Assembly: GCA_030531245.1 (NCBI GenBank)
Contig: JAUNOA010000003.1
Span: 8,261 to 72,260 of the forward strand
Origin: Lachnospiraceae bacterium
Lineage (GTDB): Bacteria; Bacillota; Clostridia; Lachnospirales; Lachnospiraceae
Length of the DNA stretch: 64,000 nt
Reading direction: 5' to 3'
The notes under the pieces were generated by a model, which was not told the DNA's origin, made no database searches, and worked only from the letters and a program-made list of their open reading frames with translations. Position numbers and translations under genes: made by a program. Below, piece after piece: positions 38,840-49,840 of the stretch (position 1 is its first letter; each line of letters opens with the position of its first letter).

Positions 38840-40130
38840 TTTTCTCCATTACGGCTATATAAAACCCGTCAAAAGGTATAGGACTGTCTTCGGATGGTAT
38901 CATAATTTTTTCCTTGACCAGACAAAACTCAGGATGTTCATCAAGAAATCTGTGCAGATTATCCTGATTTTCAAAATGATCGAGCGTACAGGTACTGTAT
39001 ACCAGTTTTCCTCCGTTTTTAACATATTCACATACATTTGACAATATGGAATACTGAATATCTGCCAGACTGATGCAGTCATCGGACGTAAGCCTGTTTT
39101 TTATTTCAGGCTTTTTTGAAATGGTCCCGATCCCTGAACATGGACAGTCAGCGAGGACCACATCTGCTGAATTTCTGAAGGATTCATTGAAGACAGCTGC
39201 ATCCTGCAGAACAGTTCTGATATTGCTGATTTTTAACCTGTTAGTATTCTCCCTGATTTTTGCAAGCTTCTTTTCTGAAATATCACAGGAAATCACCGTT
39301 CCGCAAGGTCCTACCTTTTCCGAAGCCTGTATGCTTTTCCCTCCCGGGGCAGCACAGACATCCAGAACTGTCTGGCCCTGCTTTATATCCGCAAGAATGA
39401 CAGGTAATGATGAACTGTAGTCCTGTACTATTATTTCTCCTTTGATCCATGCATCACTCGATGTGATATCTTTGGAATCATCCAGCACATAAACCTCATC
39501 TGTCCCGGCTTTCCTTACGCTCACTCCGTGTTCTTTGAGTGAATACTTAAGAAACTCTGTTGTTTTTTCTACACCGATCATTTCGGCAAGAAGATCGAAC
39601 ATCCATGGGCGGACAGATAAATCCGTCGGCAAATCCGAAACTGTGATCGTGGATTTCTGTCTGGCAATGTTCCTGAGAACTCCGTTTACAAATCCTGACA
39701 ATTGTCTGTACGCAGTCTTTTTCACAAGCTTTACAGCCTCGTCACAGACGGAATTATCGGGTATCTTATCCATATACAGCAGCTGGTATACACTCATTCG
39801 CAATAAATTTCTGATGAATGGTTTCATCTTTTGAACTTTTATATTGCTGAACCGGTTGATAATATAATCTATTCTTATCTGATACTCCAGCGTACCGTGA
39901 ATCAGTCTTACGAACAAGGCTTTGTCTCTTAGATCAATGCGGCTGTATTTAGCAAGCGCATCATTAATGACATCATTAGAATGAAGCCCTCTCTCGTTGA
40001 TCAGAACGAGGGCTTCATTTGCCAGTTCACGTATATTAAGTTTTGGGGCATTATTTACGACGGCTGTTTCCTCCTGTAAGCAGGAAAAGTCTGAGAAGCT
40101 GAAGCGCTCCCGATAATGCTGATGCAACAT
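38832..40130 (-). CDS. rsmB: 16S rRNA (cytosine(967)-C5)-methyltransferase
   Basis: 432 aa with a NusB-like N-domain then CAAPGGKS, DCPCSGIGT and YSTCT motifs. The start is uncertain: the only ATG (40130) overlaps the upstream gene by 80 nt. Confidence 0.88.
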   Translation of the reverse strand: MLHQHYRERFSFSDFSCLQEETAVVNNAPKLNIRELANEALVLINERGLHSNDVINDALAKYSRIDLRDKALFVRLIHGTLEYQIRIDYIINRFSNIKVQKMKPFIRNLLRMSVYQLLYMDKIPDNSVCDEAVKLVKKTAYRQLSGFVNGVLRNIARQKSTITVSDLPTDLSVRPWMFDLLAEMIGVEKTTEFLKYSLKEHGVSVRKAGTDEVYVLDDSKDITSSDAWIKGEIIVQDYSSSLPVILADIKQGQTVLDVCAAPGGKSIQASEKVGPCGTVISCDISEKKLAKIRENTNRLKISNIRTVLQDAAVFNESFRNSADVVLADCPCSGIGTISKKPEIKNRLTSDDCISLADIQYSILSNVCEYVKNGGKLVYSTCTLDHFENQDNLHRFLDEHPEFCLVKEKIMIPSEDSPIPFDGFYIAVMEKND

Positions 40131-40764
40131 ATGTAAGGGCTGCGGCAGATAAGACTTCCTTAACCGGCTTCTTCTCTTCTTCCGTAATCAGTCCCAGAGA
40201 GTACAACTGTTCCCTTGCCCGGTTTGATGCATTATATTCAACCGGCAGCGTTACTACCTGGAAAAGCACAGCAAGTCCGAATGCCAGTAAACCGATATTG
40301 ATAAGTGTGTCTGACAGTTCCGCATTGCCTATAACTCCACCGAACAATATACCTATCAGAATAAGCGGCACTCCGAGATTACTTCCGATATTTGCAACAG
40401 GTACCAGCGCATGTCTCAGTCTTAACGGAAAATACTCCGTATTATCCTGAATGACATGACCGCATTCATGCGCTGCAACTCCGAGTGCAGCAATCGATGT
40501 GCCCTGATATATCGACTTGCTGAGATTAACCGTTTTCTTTGCCGGATCATAATGATCTGTCAGTTCCCCTGAGATTTCCTGAACTGTCACTCCGTAAATA
40601 TCATTGGCGGCCATTATCCTTTTGGCAACCTCAGCACCGGTAAGATTTCCCGAAGAAGGTACCTTTGCATATTTTGCATAGGTACTCTTCAGTTTCGTTG
40701 ATGCTATCATAGAAACGATAAATCCTATAATAACAAGAATATATGTAGGGTCTAAATAAAACAA
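40051..40764 (-). CDS. Membrane zinc metallopeptidase (Zn_peptidase_2 / YpfJ-like family)
   Basis: 237 aa with an N-terminal TM helix, the HExxH motif (AAHECGHVIQ) and C-terminal TM helices. The fmt-Zn peptidase-rsmB arrangement is common in Clostridia. Confidence 0.8.
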   Translation of the reverse strand: MFYLDPTYILVIIGFIVSMIASTKLKSTYAKYAKVPSSGNLTGAEVAKRIMAANDIYGVTVQEISGELTDHYDPAKKTVNLSKSIYQGTSIAALGVAAHECGHVIQDNTEYFPLRLRHALVPVANIGSNLGVPLILIGILFGGVIGNAELSDTLINIGLLAFGLAVLFQVVTLPVEYNASNRAREQLYSLGLITEEEKKPVKEVLSAAALTYVASALSGALQLLRLFLLTGGNSRRK

Positions 40765-40776
40765 GTCGTTACCTCC

Positions 40777-41655
40777 TTAGTGTTTGTATCCCAGAAGGAA
40801 AGTTGCTGCATCCATTCTTTTCTTTCCTTCCAGCTGTACTTCCGTAGCATATAAGTACCCGTCTCCGGTTTTAAAACATAACGGATTATCATCATCACCG
40901 GTTTCCGATACTCTGGCTTTCCATATTTTCAGAGTTTTTCCGTTTAATGTAGTATAGGCGGAAGGCCACGGATTAAGTCCTCGGACAAGTCTTTCAATTT
41001 TTACAGCTGAATCGTTAAAATCGATTTTTCCGTCTGCTTTGGTCAGCATTCTGGCATATTCCGTATCTGTTTCTCCCTGTTTCACAGGTGAGATGGTTCC
41101 GTCTTCCAGCCCCTGAAGTGTATCTATTAAAGCCAATCCTCCCAGATCCGCCAGTTTGTCAAACAAAGAGCCTCCGGTTTCATCCGGGTTTATCGGTATC
41201 CTGTATTGCCTAAGAATATCTCCGGTGTCAAGACCCTCATCCATCAGCATCGTGGTTACTCCGCTTTCCTTTAATCCGTCTATGACCGCCCACTGAATCG
41301 GAGCTGCACCTCTGTAGGAAGGAAGCAATGAACCATGTACATTTATGCATCCATATCGGGGTATATCAAGGAGAACCTTCGGAAGTATCCGTCCGTATGC
41401 GACAACGACAAAGCAGTCGGCCCCGAATTGTTTCAGTTGATTCAGAAACTGTTCATCCTTCAGTTTTACAGGATGAATTACCGGAATACTGTATTTTAAT
41501 GCTTCTTCTTTGACCGGGGTGGGAAACAATTCATATCCCCTGCCTCTTGGTTTATCTTCTCTTGTTACGACGGCACAGACTTCATGACCTTTTTCAATCA
41601 GTGCCTGAAGCGGTTTAACCGCAAAATCCGGCGTACCGAAATATACTATTTTCAT
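40777..41655 (-). CDS. fmt: Methionyl-tRNA formyltransferase
   Basis: 292 aa; MKIVYFGTPDFAV..L..L, INVHGSLLPSYRGAAPIQWA. Confidence 0.95.
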   Translation of the reverse strand: MKIVYFGTPDFAVKPLQALIEKGHEVCAVVTREDKPRGRGYELFPTPVKEEALKYSIPVIHPVKLKDEQFLNQLKQFGADCFVVVAYGRILPKVLLDIPRYGCINVHGSLLPSYRGAAPIQWAVIDGLKESGVTTMLMDEGLDTGDILRQYRIPINPDETGGSLFDKLADLGGLALIDTLQGLEDGTISPVKQGETDTEYARMLTKADGKIDFNDSAVKIERLVRGLNPWPSAYTTLNGKTLKIWKARVSETGDDDNPLCFKTGDGYLYATEVQLEGKKRMDAATFLLGYKH

Positions 41656-41672
41656 GTATAAAGTCCCCTTGA

Positions 41673-42152
41673 TCAGTCTTCTTCCGGCACGGCATCGGCA
41701 TCATACAGTCCGCCTTCCACCAGATCGACATATACTCTTCCTTCCAGATGATCAAATTCATGACACATTGCACGGGCAAGCAATTCATTGCCCTCAACCG
41801 TTATCGGATTCATATGCTCATCAAATGCCTCTATGATAACATGATCAGGTCTGGTAACCTTACCGACCTTTCCCGGAACGCTTAAGCAGCCTTCGTAATC
41901 CGTCTGTTCACCCTCTGATAATACTATTCTGGGATTGACAAATGTATACTTTTCATCTTCGCTGATTTCGACGATGAAAAGCCTTTTCAGTATTCCTACC
42001 TGTACAGCTGCCAGTCCTACACCCTGCGCATCATGAAGCGTATCCCACATATCATCCAGTAATTCCTTCAGTCTCGGAGTAATCTCCTTTACTTCTTTGC
42101 TTTTCTTCTCAAGTATGGGATCTCCCATTTCTCTTATCTGTCTTAATGCCAT
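41673..42152 (-). CDS. def: Peptide deformylase
   Basis: GVGLAAVQVG, EGCLSVPG and HEFDHLEG motifs. The ORF extends to 42182, but the ATG at 42152 (MALRQIREMGDP) follows AAAGGAG and avoids overlap with priA. Confidence 0.94.
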   Translation of the reverse strand: MALRQIREMGDPILEKKSKEVKEITPRLKELLDDMWDTLHDAQGVGLAAVQVGILKRLFIVEISEDEKYTFVNPRIVLSEGEQTDYEGCLSVPGKVGKVTRPDHVIIEAFDEHMNPITVEGNELLARAMCHEFDHLEGRVYVDLVEGGLYDADAVPEED

Positions 42153-42168
42153 ATCCACTCCTTTTTGC

Positions 42169-44184
42169 TTATGTAAAATCATGCAGAATTGATATTTTTT
42201 CCGTTTGATGTGTCTGTCTGAAAATGCTTTCGGTGTTTTCCTTTACCTTCAGTAGCAGATCGTAATCCCTGTCTTTCAGATAAATGAGTTTTCTGAAATA
42301 ATCCTTTATCTTATATACGGCAGGCTCAACCGGACCCATAAAATCGGCCTTTTTATCTGCTGAACATTCTTTGATCAAATCTGCATAATCATCTGCATAC
42401 TGAGTCAGTATATTCTCATCTTTCGAACTGATCTGAACAGTCCATATATGTACAGCCGGCGGATAATTAAGTATCTTTCTGTAGGCGATCTCATTTGAAA
42501 AATAGTTTTCGTAATTGTCCTGTGCTGCGCTCATGATTGCATAGTGCTCGGGCTTATATGTCTGGATAACCACACGTCCTTCTTTGTTTCCTCTTCCGCA
42601 GCGCCCGGAAGCCTGAGCGATAAGTTCATATGTTCTCTGTCCTGAAGTATAATCACTTACATATAACGATGTGTCGGCAGCCATAATACCTACAAGCGTA
42701 ACATTATGATAATCATGTCCCTTTACGACCATCTGTGTCCCTATAAGTATATCCGTTTCACCGTTTGCGAAATCATTCAGTATCTTTTCAGATGCTTTTT
42801 TCCCTGATGCCGAATCGGTATCCAGTCTTGCAATGCGTGCCTGAGGATACATCTTCCTTGTCATGTTTTCAAGCTTCTGTGTTCCGACACCGAATTCAGC
42901 AATATACGGGGACCCGCAGTGCGGACATACATCCGGCACCGGCACCTGATATCCGCAGTAATGACACTTTAATACATGACCTGCGTGAAGCGTAAGTGAA
43001 ACATCGCAGTGAGGACATCTTATCGCATTTCCGCAAGACCTGCAGGAAACGAAATTTGAATAACCTCTCCTGTTGATAAAAAGTATCACCTGTTCTTTTC
43101 TGGAAAGTCGGTCTTTGATCAGTTCATCAAGATGTTCCGAAAATACCGTTCTGTTGCCTTTCTGCATTTCAAGGCGCATATCGACCACATCTATAACCGG
43201 CTTATTTGCCTTTCCTGCTCTGGATGACAGCTTCATCATCGTATATTCTCCCGATAATGCTTTCTTATAGCTGTCCGGAGATGGCGTTGCACTGGAGAGT
43301 ACCAGCGAAGCATTGTTCACCTCTGCCCTTTTTTTCGCAACATCTATAGTGTTGTATCTCGGAACCGTCTCGTTTTTATACGCCGTATCATGTTCTTCAT
43401 CAATTACAATGATGCCGATATTGTTGAAAGGTACAAAAACCGCAGATCTTGGTCCTATAATGATATCGGCCTCTCCGTTTAAGCATCTCTTGATCTGGTC
43501 ATAACGCTCTCCCTGAGATAATTTACTGTGAATGACAGCAACACGAGACCCGAATACCGAATAAAACCTTTCTACCGCCTGATAAGTAAGCGATATTTCC
43601 GGGATAAGAATCACAGCCTGTTTCCCGCAGCGTATTACGTGCTGAACCATATGCATATAAGCATCGGTCTTGCCGCTTCCTGTAATCCCGTACAGCAGAT
43701 AAGTCTTTCTGAATCCGTTGTCATAATCCGAAACAAAAGTATCGATGACTTTTTTCTGTTCTTCATTCGGAATATGAAGATCATATTTTTCACGGGATAA
43801 CGATTTGGATAAATCCACCTTACTGCGTGCTTTTACAGCCTTTTTAACCGGCATTACCGTGGCAAGAGCCGAGTTAAGCGTACATCCGTAGCGATCCTTA
43901 AGCCATACCGATAATTCTATCAGCTCATCCTCAACGGAAAGAGTCTTTTCCGCAACGGATTCTATGTCCTTTATCCTGCAACCGGACAATTCCGGATCCG
44001 GCTCATCTTTTACTCTGACGACATAGCCCTTTCTACGGGAATTTGACTGTCCGAAAGGAATGATGACGGGAGATCCGGCAGAAACACGTTCTGTCAATTC
44101 TTCCGGTATGCGATATGTAAACGGTCTGTCGACACTTTCACTTGAAATATCGACGATAACATCCGCATATTTACATGAACTCAT
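42169..44184 (-). CDS. priA: Primosomal protein N' (replication restart helicase)
   Basis: 671 aa with Walker A (GITGSGKT), DEEHD and the Cys-rich zinc insertion ([20 protein letters not shown]...CHYCGY...CPHCGS). Confidence 0.95.
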   Translation of the reverse strand: MSSCKYADVIVDISSESVDRPFTYRIPEELTERVSAGSPVIIPFGQSNSRRKGYVVRVKDEPDPELSGCRIKDIESVAEKTLSVEDELIELSVWLKDRYGCTLNSALATVMPVKKAVKARSKVDLSKSLSREKYDLHIPNEEQKKVIDTFVSDYDNGFRKTYLLYGITGSGKTDAYMHMVQHVIRCGKQAVILIPEISLTYQAVERFYSVFGSRVAVIHSKLSQGERYDQIKRCLNGEADIIIGPRSAVFVPFNNIGIIVIDEEHDTAYKNETVPRYNTIDVAKKRAEVNNASLVLSSATPSPDSYKKALSGEYTMMKLSSRAGKANKPVIDVVDMRLEMQKGNRTVFSEHLDELIKDRLSRKEQVILFINRRGYSNFVSCRSCGNAIRCPHCDVSLTLHAGHVLKCHYCGYQVPVPDVCPHCGSPYIAEFGVGTQKLENMTRKMYPQARIARLDTDSASGKKASEKILNDFANGETDILIGTQMVVKGHDYHNVTLVGIMAADTSLYVSDYTSGQRTYELIAQASGRCGRGNKEGRVVIQTYKPEHYAIMSAAQDNYENYFSNEIAYRKILNYPPAVHIWTVQISSKDENILTQYADDYADLIKECSADKKADFMGPVEPAVYKIKDYFRKLIYLKDRDYDLLLKVKENTESIFRQTHQTEKISILHDFT

Positions 44185-45556
44185 GATTCATCACCTTATC
44201 AACAAAATCAAACATTCTCATACTGTTGGAACCTTTGAAGAGAATCAGATCACCGGACTGTATCTCTGAAAAAAGATAATCATCCAGATCTTTTTCTTCC
44301 GAAAAATGTATCTTATCAACCGCTGAAATCCTGTCCGACATATGCTTTGAGATATCTCCGTACGTTACAAGCAAATCTATATTGCCTTTACTCTGAATGT
44401 AATCTCCTATTGATATATGTTCGTTCACGGAGTTTTCTCCAAGTTCCTTCATGTCACCGAGTACGGCTATTCTTCTTCCGTTATTATCGATGGCACTTAA
44501 TATATCTATAGCGGCTCTTACGGAATCCGGAGCTGCATTATAGGTATCATCTATTACCGTAATATCTTTATTATGCAGTATCTGTCCTCTGTGCAGATAT
44601 CCTTTGTACACGCTGAGTTTCGCGGATGCATCCGACAGATTTATCCCGTAATATGAACAGACAAGCAATGCTACAAGCGCATTGTATATATTATGCTTTC
44701 CGTAAACATTTAAACGTACCGTCACTTTTGTCCCGCAGATATATGCAGTAAATGACGGGCATCCCGAAATCTCCTGGATATCTGCCGCATATGCATCGAA
44801 AGAATCATCAAGTCCGTATGTATATTTTTTCAGATTTGAAGGAAATGCATACGAACGCAGCATATCGTTATCACCGTTTATGAATAAAGGCGAACCGTCC
44901 TGCATATAATCTGTTATATGTGCCTTTTCTTCAACTATGGCTTCTCTGCTGCCGAGGTTTTCAATATGAGTAATACCGATATTGGTAAAAACCGCAGCAT
45001 CGGGTCTGACCATTTCGGCCAGACTGTGCATCTCTCCGGGCATACTCATACCCATCTCAAGTACTGCAATTTCGGCATCATCATCGAATAATGACAAAGT
45101 CTGCGGAGTTCCCAGCTGTGAGTTTCTGTTTCCCGGTGTGGCATAAACTTTCCTGCCCGCGCTTAAGGCATAACTGATCATTTCTCTGGTAGTAGTCTTT
45201 CCGACACTTCCGGTAACACCGATTACGGGTACCTTTATTCCGTTCCTGCAGAATACGGCAATTTTTCTTACTGCGTCAGCAGAGTCTTCTACTTTGATAA
45301 TAATCTTATCCCCGTTATAATCCGTCCCGTCATACTCGGAAAGACAGACTGTACCGTCTCCGCCAAGCACCTGGCCTATGAATTTATGAGAATCGACTTT
45401 TTCTCCCTTAAGAGGTACAAACAAGGTGAACGGATCGATCTGCCGCGAATCATAGGATATCCTCTTCACTATGCTGTGCCCGTACCTGGAAATATCTCCG
45501 GAGATTACCTCCCCGCCGAGAAGCGATATTAAATTGTTGACTGTTATATTAAGCAT
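44171..45556 (-). CDS. murF: UDP-N-acetylmuramoyl-tripeptide--D-alanyl-D-alanine ligase
   Basis: 461 aa; the Mur ligase P-loop [11 protein letters not shown] and the central and C-terminal Mur ligase domains. It follows murE. Confidence 0.92.
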   Translation of the reverse strand: MLNITVNNLISLLGGEVISGDISRYGHSIVKRISYDSRQIDPFTLFVPLKGEKVDSHKFIGQVLGGDGTVCLSEYDGTDYNGDKIIIKVEDSADAVRKIAVFCRNGIKVPVIGVTGSVGKTTTREMISYALSAGRKVYATPGNRNSQLGTPQTLSLFDDDAEIAVLEMGMSMPGEMHSLAEMVRPDAAVFTNIGITHIENLGSREAIVEEKAHITDYMQDGSPLFINGDNDMLRSYAFPSNLKKYTYGLDDSFDAYAADIQEISGCPSFTAYICGTKVTVRLNVYGKHNIYNALVALLVCSYYGINLSDASAKLSVYKGYLHRGQILHNKDITVIDDTYNAAPDSVRAAIDILSAIDNNGRRIAVLGDMKELGENSVNEHISIGDYIQSKGNIDLLVTYGDISKHMSDRISAVDKIHFSEEKDLDDYLFSEIQSGDLILFKGSNSMRMFDFVDKVMNHEFM

Positions 45557-47028
45557 TATCTGTTATCCGATTCTTTCAGGACATCCCTGACTGCTTCCTG
45601 ATCAGTATATGGAGTCACTGTTCCGTTTTTGTCTATTCCGCTTTCATGTCCTTTGCCGATGATTGCAACCATGTCACCGGGCTTATGATTACATATGGCA
45701 TATCTGACTGCATCCGGTCTAAGCGGAATATCTATATATTTGCAGCCTGTTTTGTCAAACGTTGAATGAATATCACTGCAGATATCTTCAAACGGTTCCA
45801 TCCTGTTGTTGTCCTCGGTAATGATGGCAAAATCGGCATTTTCTCCGACCACTCTGCCCATACCGTATCTGCGCTCTTTTGATCTGTTGCCGCCGCATCC
45901 GAATACTATGACCAGCCTTTTCGGATTATAGCTTTTCAGCGTCCTTACCAGATTCACCGTTGCCATTTCATTATGAGCAAAATCCACTATAACCTTCAGA
46001 TCCTCCGTTGAATGAACGAGTTCCATCCTTCCGCAGATATTTATATCATTAAGTCCGGATGAAATAAAATCATTATCAAAACCCATCTCTTTTATGATGG
46101 AAAAAGCAGCCAGAGCATTGTCTGCATTAAACTCTCCCGGGATGGAAACAGAACATTTTATGCTGTCATTTCCGTGATGAAGTTCAAATACCGATCCGAT
46201 ATATTTATCATTCTGAACCAGTTCGAGTCCGTCATACCAGTAATCAGCCCCAGGCTTTTTTCCGAATGTAGTCATCGTTGAACATAAGGAATTACTTATA
46301 ACATATTCGGAATGCTCGTCTTCGATATTGACCAGTCCGGCACGGCTCTGCCTGAAAAGCTGAACCTTGCAGTTCAGGTATTCTTCAAAATCCTTATGCT
46401 CACCGTCTCCTATATGATCATTTGCAATGTTCGTAAAGAGCGCATAATCAAAATATATACCATCAAGCCTGTGCATAAGAAACGCCTGACTGGACGCCTC
46501 TATGACGGCATATTTACAGCCGGCATCCACCATCTGAGAGAAGTACTGATTGACTTCATAACTTTCCGGAGTGGTATTCAGTGTCGGAATATGCTGTTCA
46601 CCGATATATATTCCGTTGGTTCCGATATACCCGCACATCGCACCGGTTTTCTCAATCAGGTGACGCACCATAAGTGCTGTCGTTGTCTTCCCCTTTGTAC
46701 CGGTAATGGCAATTACAGTCATCTTCCCTGCCGGATATTCAAAGTGTGCGGCTGAACAGAGTGCAAGTGCCTTCCTTGTATTTTCGACTCTGTAAACATT
46801 TACACCGTCCGGATAATTACAGTCATGATCAATGATGATTCCTGCCGCCCCGTCGGTCACAACTGCATTTATCACATCATGGGAATCAAATTTCAATCCT
46901 TTTAAGCATACAAACAGACAGCCTTTGATCACTTTTCTGGAATCATAGACAAGCGAATCATATTCCGTACTGTCCGTTCCCTGAATCAATTCATATTCCA
47001 GGCCATCCACATTATTTATTCTCATCAC
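45556..47028 (-). CDS. murE: UDP-N-acetylmuramoyl-L-alanyl-D-glutamate--diamino acid ligase
   Basis: 490 aa; [10 protein letters not shown] and the C-terminal DNNR-containing region. Diamino acid specificity (DAP vs Lys) was not resolved from sequence. AGGAGG SD. Confidence 0.92.
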   Translation of the reverse strand: MMRINNVDGLEYELIQGTDSTEYDSLVYDSRKVIKGCLFVCLKGLKFDSHDVINAVVTDGAAGIIIDHDCNYPDGVNVYRVENTRKALALCSAAHFEYPAGKMTVIAITGTKGKTTTALMVRHLIEKTGAMCGYIGTNGIYIGEQHIPTLNTTPESYEVNQYFSQMVDAGCKYAVIEASSQAFLMHRLDGIYFDYALFTNIANDHIGDGEHKDFEEYLNCKVQLFRQSRAGLVNIEDEHSEYVISNSLCSTMTTFGKKPGADYWYDGLELVQNDKYIGSVFELHHGNDSIKCSVSIPGEFNADNALAAFSIIKEMGFDNDFISSGLNDINICGRMELVHSTEDLKVIVDFAHNEMATVNLVRTLKSYNPKRLVIVFGCGGNRSKERRYGMGRVVGENADFAIITEDNNRMEPFEDICSDIHSTFDKTGCKYIDIPLRPDAVRYAICNHKPGDMVAIIGKGHESGIDKNGTVTPYTDQEAVRDVLKESDNR

Positions 47029-47048
47029 TGCCTCCTATTTTTAACAAA

Positions 47049-47128
47049 GCATATCGCTTGCGATATGCCCGCGCCGAGTGCGGCCGCTTCAGCGGCATAG
47101 TACATTTCGCGCGGGTGCTCATCCCGCG
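47049..47128 (-). repeat. GC-rich structured intergenic element, copy 1 (shared 46-nt core 47049-47094)
   Basis: The core GCATATCGCTTGCGATATGCCCGCGCCGAGTGCGGCCGCTTCAGCG matches 62992-63037 at 40 of 46 positions (hand alignment) in the same orientation. Several GC-rich hairpins sit in an otherwise AT-rich spacer. Confidence 0.7.
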
Positions 47129-47140
47129 GAGCTTTTATAT

Positions 47141-47168
47141 AACAGGAAATGCGGAGCAATTTCCTGTT
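47141..47168 (-). terminator. Hairpin at ftsK stop codon (possible terminator)
   Basis: Perfect 10-bp stem AACAGGAAAT / ATTTCCTGTT with an 8-nt loop. No clear U-tract follows on the minus strand, so terminator function is uncertain. Confidence 0.4.
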
Positions 47169-49728
47169 ATTTACAAAGCTCCTCAAACTGCGTCTCATCC
47201 ATAAGAATTTCCCTCGGTTTCGTACCCTGTTCGGGTCCGACAACTCCGGCATCACAGAGCTGATCCATTATTCTGGCGGCTCTGTTGAATCCTATTCTGA
47301 AAGCTCTCTGAAGATTTCCTATCGAAGCTTTCTTTTTGTCAATGATATATCTTCCCGCCTGAACAAACAGATCATCTCTTTCATCGCCCGATGATCCTGC
47401 CGCCTCTGCAATAGGAAGTACCATCTGACTGAATGTATTCTCGTCATATGAAGGAATTATTTTTTCGTTCAGAATGTAGGAAACAACATTGTGAATATCA
47501 TGTTCTGAAACAAACGCACCCTGTGCACGCATAGGCTTCGGAGCATCCTGCGGATTATAGAGCATATCTCCGTGTCCGAGAAGCTTTTCGGCACCTACCG
47601 TATCGATTATGGTTCTTGAATCAACGCCCGAAGTAACTGACAAAGCTATTCGTGAAGGAATATTTGCCTTGATAAGACCGGTTATAACATTTACCGATGG
47701 TCTCTGTGTGGCTATGACCAGATGCATTCCTGCCGCTCTGGCCAGCTGTGATATACGTACTATAGCCGGTTCAACCTCACCCTTGCACTGCATCATCATA
47801 TCAGCCAGCTCGTCAACTATAATTACAATCGTAGGCAGCTTTTCCGGAAGTTCGGAATCGTCCATGCCTTCATCGATCAGAGATGCCCTCGCAGCTTCTA
47901 TGTTCTCATTGTAACTGGTTATATCCTTTGCTCCGACTGATTCAAATTTCTTATACCGGTCTTCCATCTCGGCTACTGCCCAGTTCAATGCTCCGGTAGC
48001 CTTTTTGACATCAGTAACTACAGGAATCAGCAGATGAGGGATTCCGTTATAACATGACAGTTCAACCATCTTCGGATCGATCATTATCATTTTTACATCT
48101 TCCGGTGAATACTTATATAAGATGCTGAGAATTAGCGTATTGATGCATACGGACTTTCCTGAACCAGTGGCACCGGCAATAAGTACATGCGGCATCTTTG
48201 CCAGATCGGCAACTATAGTAGATCCTCCGATATCTTTTCCGATTGCAAAAGCAATTTTGGCTTTTGATTCTTTAAATGTTTTTGTCTCCAGTATGTCTCG
48301 CAGCTGTACAATATGGCTCTCCTTATTAGGCACCTCTATTCCGATAGCTGCTTTACCGGGGATAGGAGCTTCTATACGTATGTCAGCCGCTGCAAGTGCC
48401 AGTTTCAGATCATCCTGAAGCGCCATGATCCTGGCTACCTTTACACCCTGTTCCGGATGCATTTCGTATCTTGTCACTGTAGGTCCGCAGCTGATATCCG
48501 TTACGGTAACGGAAATTCCGAAAGTATTTAATGTCTGCTGAAGCTTTATTGCTGTCTGCTTATACTCCGAATCCGAGCCGGCACCGTTGCCGGAAGTTCC
48601 TCTGGTCAGAAGATTCAGAGGCGGTATTTTATACGGTTTTGACCTGACTATACTGCTTTTTTTCTTTACATCTTCCCGAAGCTGTCCCAGTTCCGTAGAC
48701 TTCTTTGCTTCTTCCATCCTTGCAATGGTGTTCTCACGGTCTGACTTGATCACCTTTCCCGTTGCAGTAACTATATTACGTTCTTCCGGAATTGCATTGA
48801 TTATCTGTTCGGATTGAGTTAACTCCTCCTCATCATCCTGCCTGTAATCGTCAGCGGCAAGAATCTCTCTTGCTTTGGCAAAAGCAGCCTTGGTTCCTTC
48901 GTCTTCATTTTCAAAAGGAACCGAATCGTTATCATACACCTGCGGAAAATTGATTTTACCGACAAAAGCATCAGGGTCGGCAGTCTTTATGCTATCCTCA
49001 GGTGTTCTGAATTCATCCGTGGTTTTGATGTCATAATCCGGCAGATTCTCAGTCTTTTTATCTGCGACGGTTTTCAATCTGCTTAAATCCGTAGCCTCAA
49101 AATCTATACCCTCGACACGTCTTAGGGCATCGGCCTTTCTGATTTGCCTTTTTTCATAAACCTTTGCAGTATGCTCAAGACGGCGTATGGAAATATCCTC
49201 CCTTGCAGCGGAATATGCCTTTGATCCGCCCTTTTTAACAAGCCTGACAACACTTTTTTCGGTAATAAACACTATTGAAACTATAAGTATAGCCAGCATA
49301 ATAAGGAAAGTACCGACTGTACCTACAAGACCGCTCAGGACATCAGTGAAAAACATACCCAAAGAGCCTCCGGATTCTCCCCGGAAGATTATCTGGATCA
49401 GAGTACAAAGTGAAATCACAGTGAAAATAACAGCAAGTACTTTCAGCCATATTCTGGGATTTTTATAATTTCCCAGAACAAATGCTGCCATGACAAAAAG
49501 TGCAACAGGAAAAACATATCCCAGGACACCGAAAAATCCCAGCTGAAAACTTCGCAGAGCATCTCCGAATTTTCCTATCAGTGATGTCTCTCCTCCGAAA
49601 TTGCTCAAAAACAGGAGCAACGATATTAGAAAGAATCCTATCAGCGTGATTTCCCCGGTGACTAATCCGGAATTGCTGTTATCTGCCTTTGTGACAGGTT
49701 TCTTTGTATTTTTCTTTTTTGCAGCCAA
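47167..49728 (-). CDS. ftsK: DNA translocase FtsK/SpoIIIE
   Basis: 853 aa with N-terminal TM helices, a linker, the motor domain (Walker A GATGSGKS, IVIIVDELADMM) and a C-terminal gamma winged-helix (IGNLQRAFRIGFNRAARIMD). TTG start after GGAGG. Confidence 0.95.
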   Translation of the reverse strand: MAAKKKNTKKPVTKADNSNSGLVTGEITLIGFFLISLLLFLSNFGGETSLIGKFGDALRSFQLGFFGVLGYVFPVALFVMAAFVLGNYKNPRIWLKVLAVIFTVISLCTLIQIIFRGESGGSLGMFFTDVLSGLVGTVGTFLIMLAILIVSIVFITEKSVVRLVKKGGSKAYSAAREDISIRRLEHTAKVYEKRQIRKADALRRVEGIDFEATDLSRLKTVADKKTENLPDYDIKTTDEFRTPEDSIKTADPDAFVGKINFPQVYDNDSVPFENEDEGTKAAFAKAREILAADDYRQDDEEELTQSEQIINAIPEERNIVTATGKVIKSDRENTIARMEEAKKSTELGQLREDVKKKSSIVRSKPYKIPPLNLLTRGTSGNGAGSDSEYKQTAIKLQQTLNTFGISVTVTDISCGPTVTRYEMHPEQGVKVARIMALQDDLKLALAAADIRIEAPIPGKAAIGIEVPNKESHIVQLRDILETKTFKESKAKIAFAIGKDIGGSTIVADLAKMPHVLIAGATGSGKSVCINTLILSILYKYSPEDVKMIMIDPKMVELSCYNGIPHLLIPVVTDVKKATGALNWAVAEMEDRYKKFESVGAKDITSYNENIEAARASLIDEGMDDSELPEKLPTIVIIVDELADMMMQCKGEVEPAIVRISQLARAAGMHLVIATQRPSVNVITGLIKANIPSRIALSVTSGVDSRTIIDTVGAEKLLGHGDMLYNPQDAPKPMRAQGAFVSEHDIHNVVSYILNEKIIPSYDENTFSQMVLPIAEAAGSSGDERDDLFVQAGRYIIDKKKASIGNLQRAFRIGFNRAARIMDQLCDAGVVGPEQGTKPREILMDETQFEELCK

Positions 49729-49770
49729 TCCAATGCCTCCGCTTTACAGAATTTTACTTATATATTATAC

Positions 49771-49805
49771 AAAAACGGACCGTCAATAGCAAGATTGACA
49801 GTCCG
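49771..49805 (-). terminator. Rho-independent terminator after the Cof hydrolase gene
   Basis: 12-bp stem CGGACCGTCAAT / ATTGACAGTCCG (one mismatch, a G.U pair in the minus-strand RNA). On the minus strand it is followed by TTTTTGT, then a TATAAT box for ftsK. Confidence 0.7.
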
Positions 49806-49840
49806 AAATATGGTATGAATATGAAATATACCAACAAGAT

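Noticed and set aside
40051-40130. 80-nt overlap between the Zn-metallopeptidase 3' end and the rsmB ORF; considered as a frameshift or gene fusion.
   Set aside because: Both proteins look complete in their own frames. The overlap probably reflects an unannotated non-ATG start for rsmB near the AGGAGG at ~40070. No canonical start codon could be confirmed there, so only the start uncertainty is noted.
47025-47263. ORFs of 76 aa (minus) and 61 aa (plus) spanning the GC-rich ftsK-murE spacer, and the 117-aa ORF at 62976-63329 over the second copy.
   Set aside because: The shared 46-nt core does not give a conserved peptide in any frame between the two copies. There is no SD, and the ORFs run into neighbouring genes. 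The GC-rich composition simply lacks stop codons.
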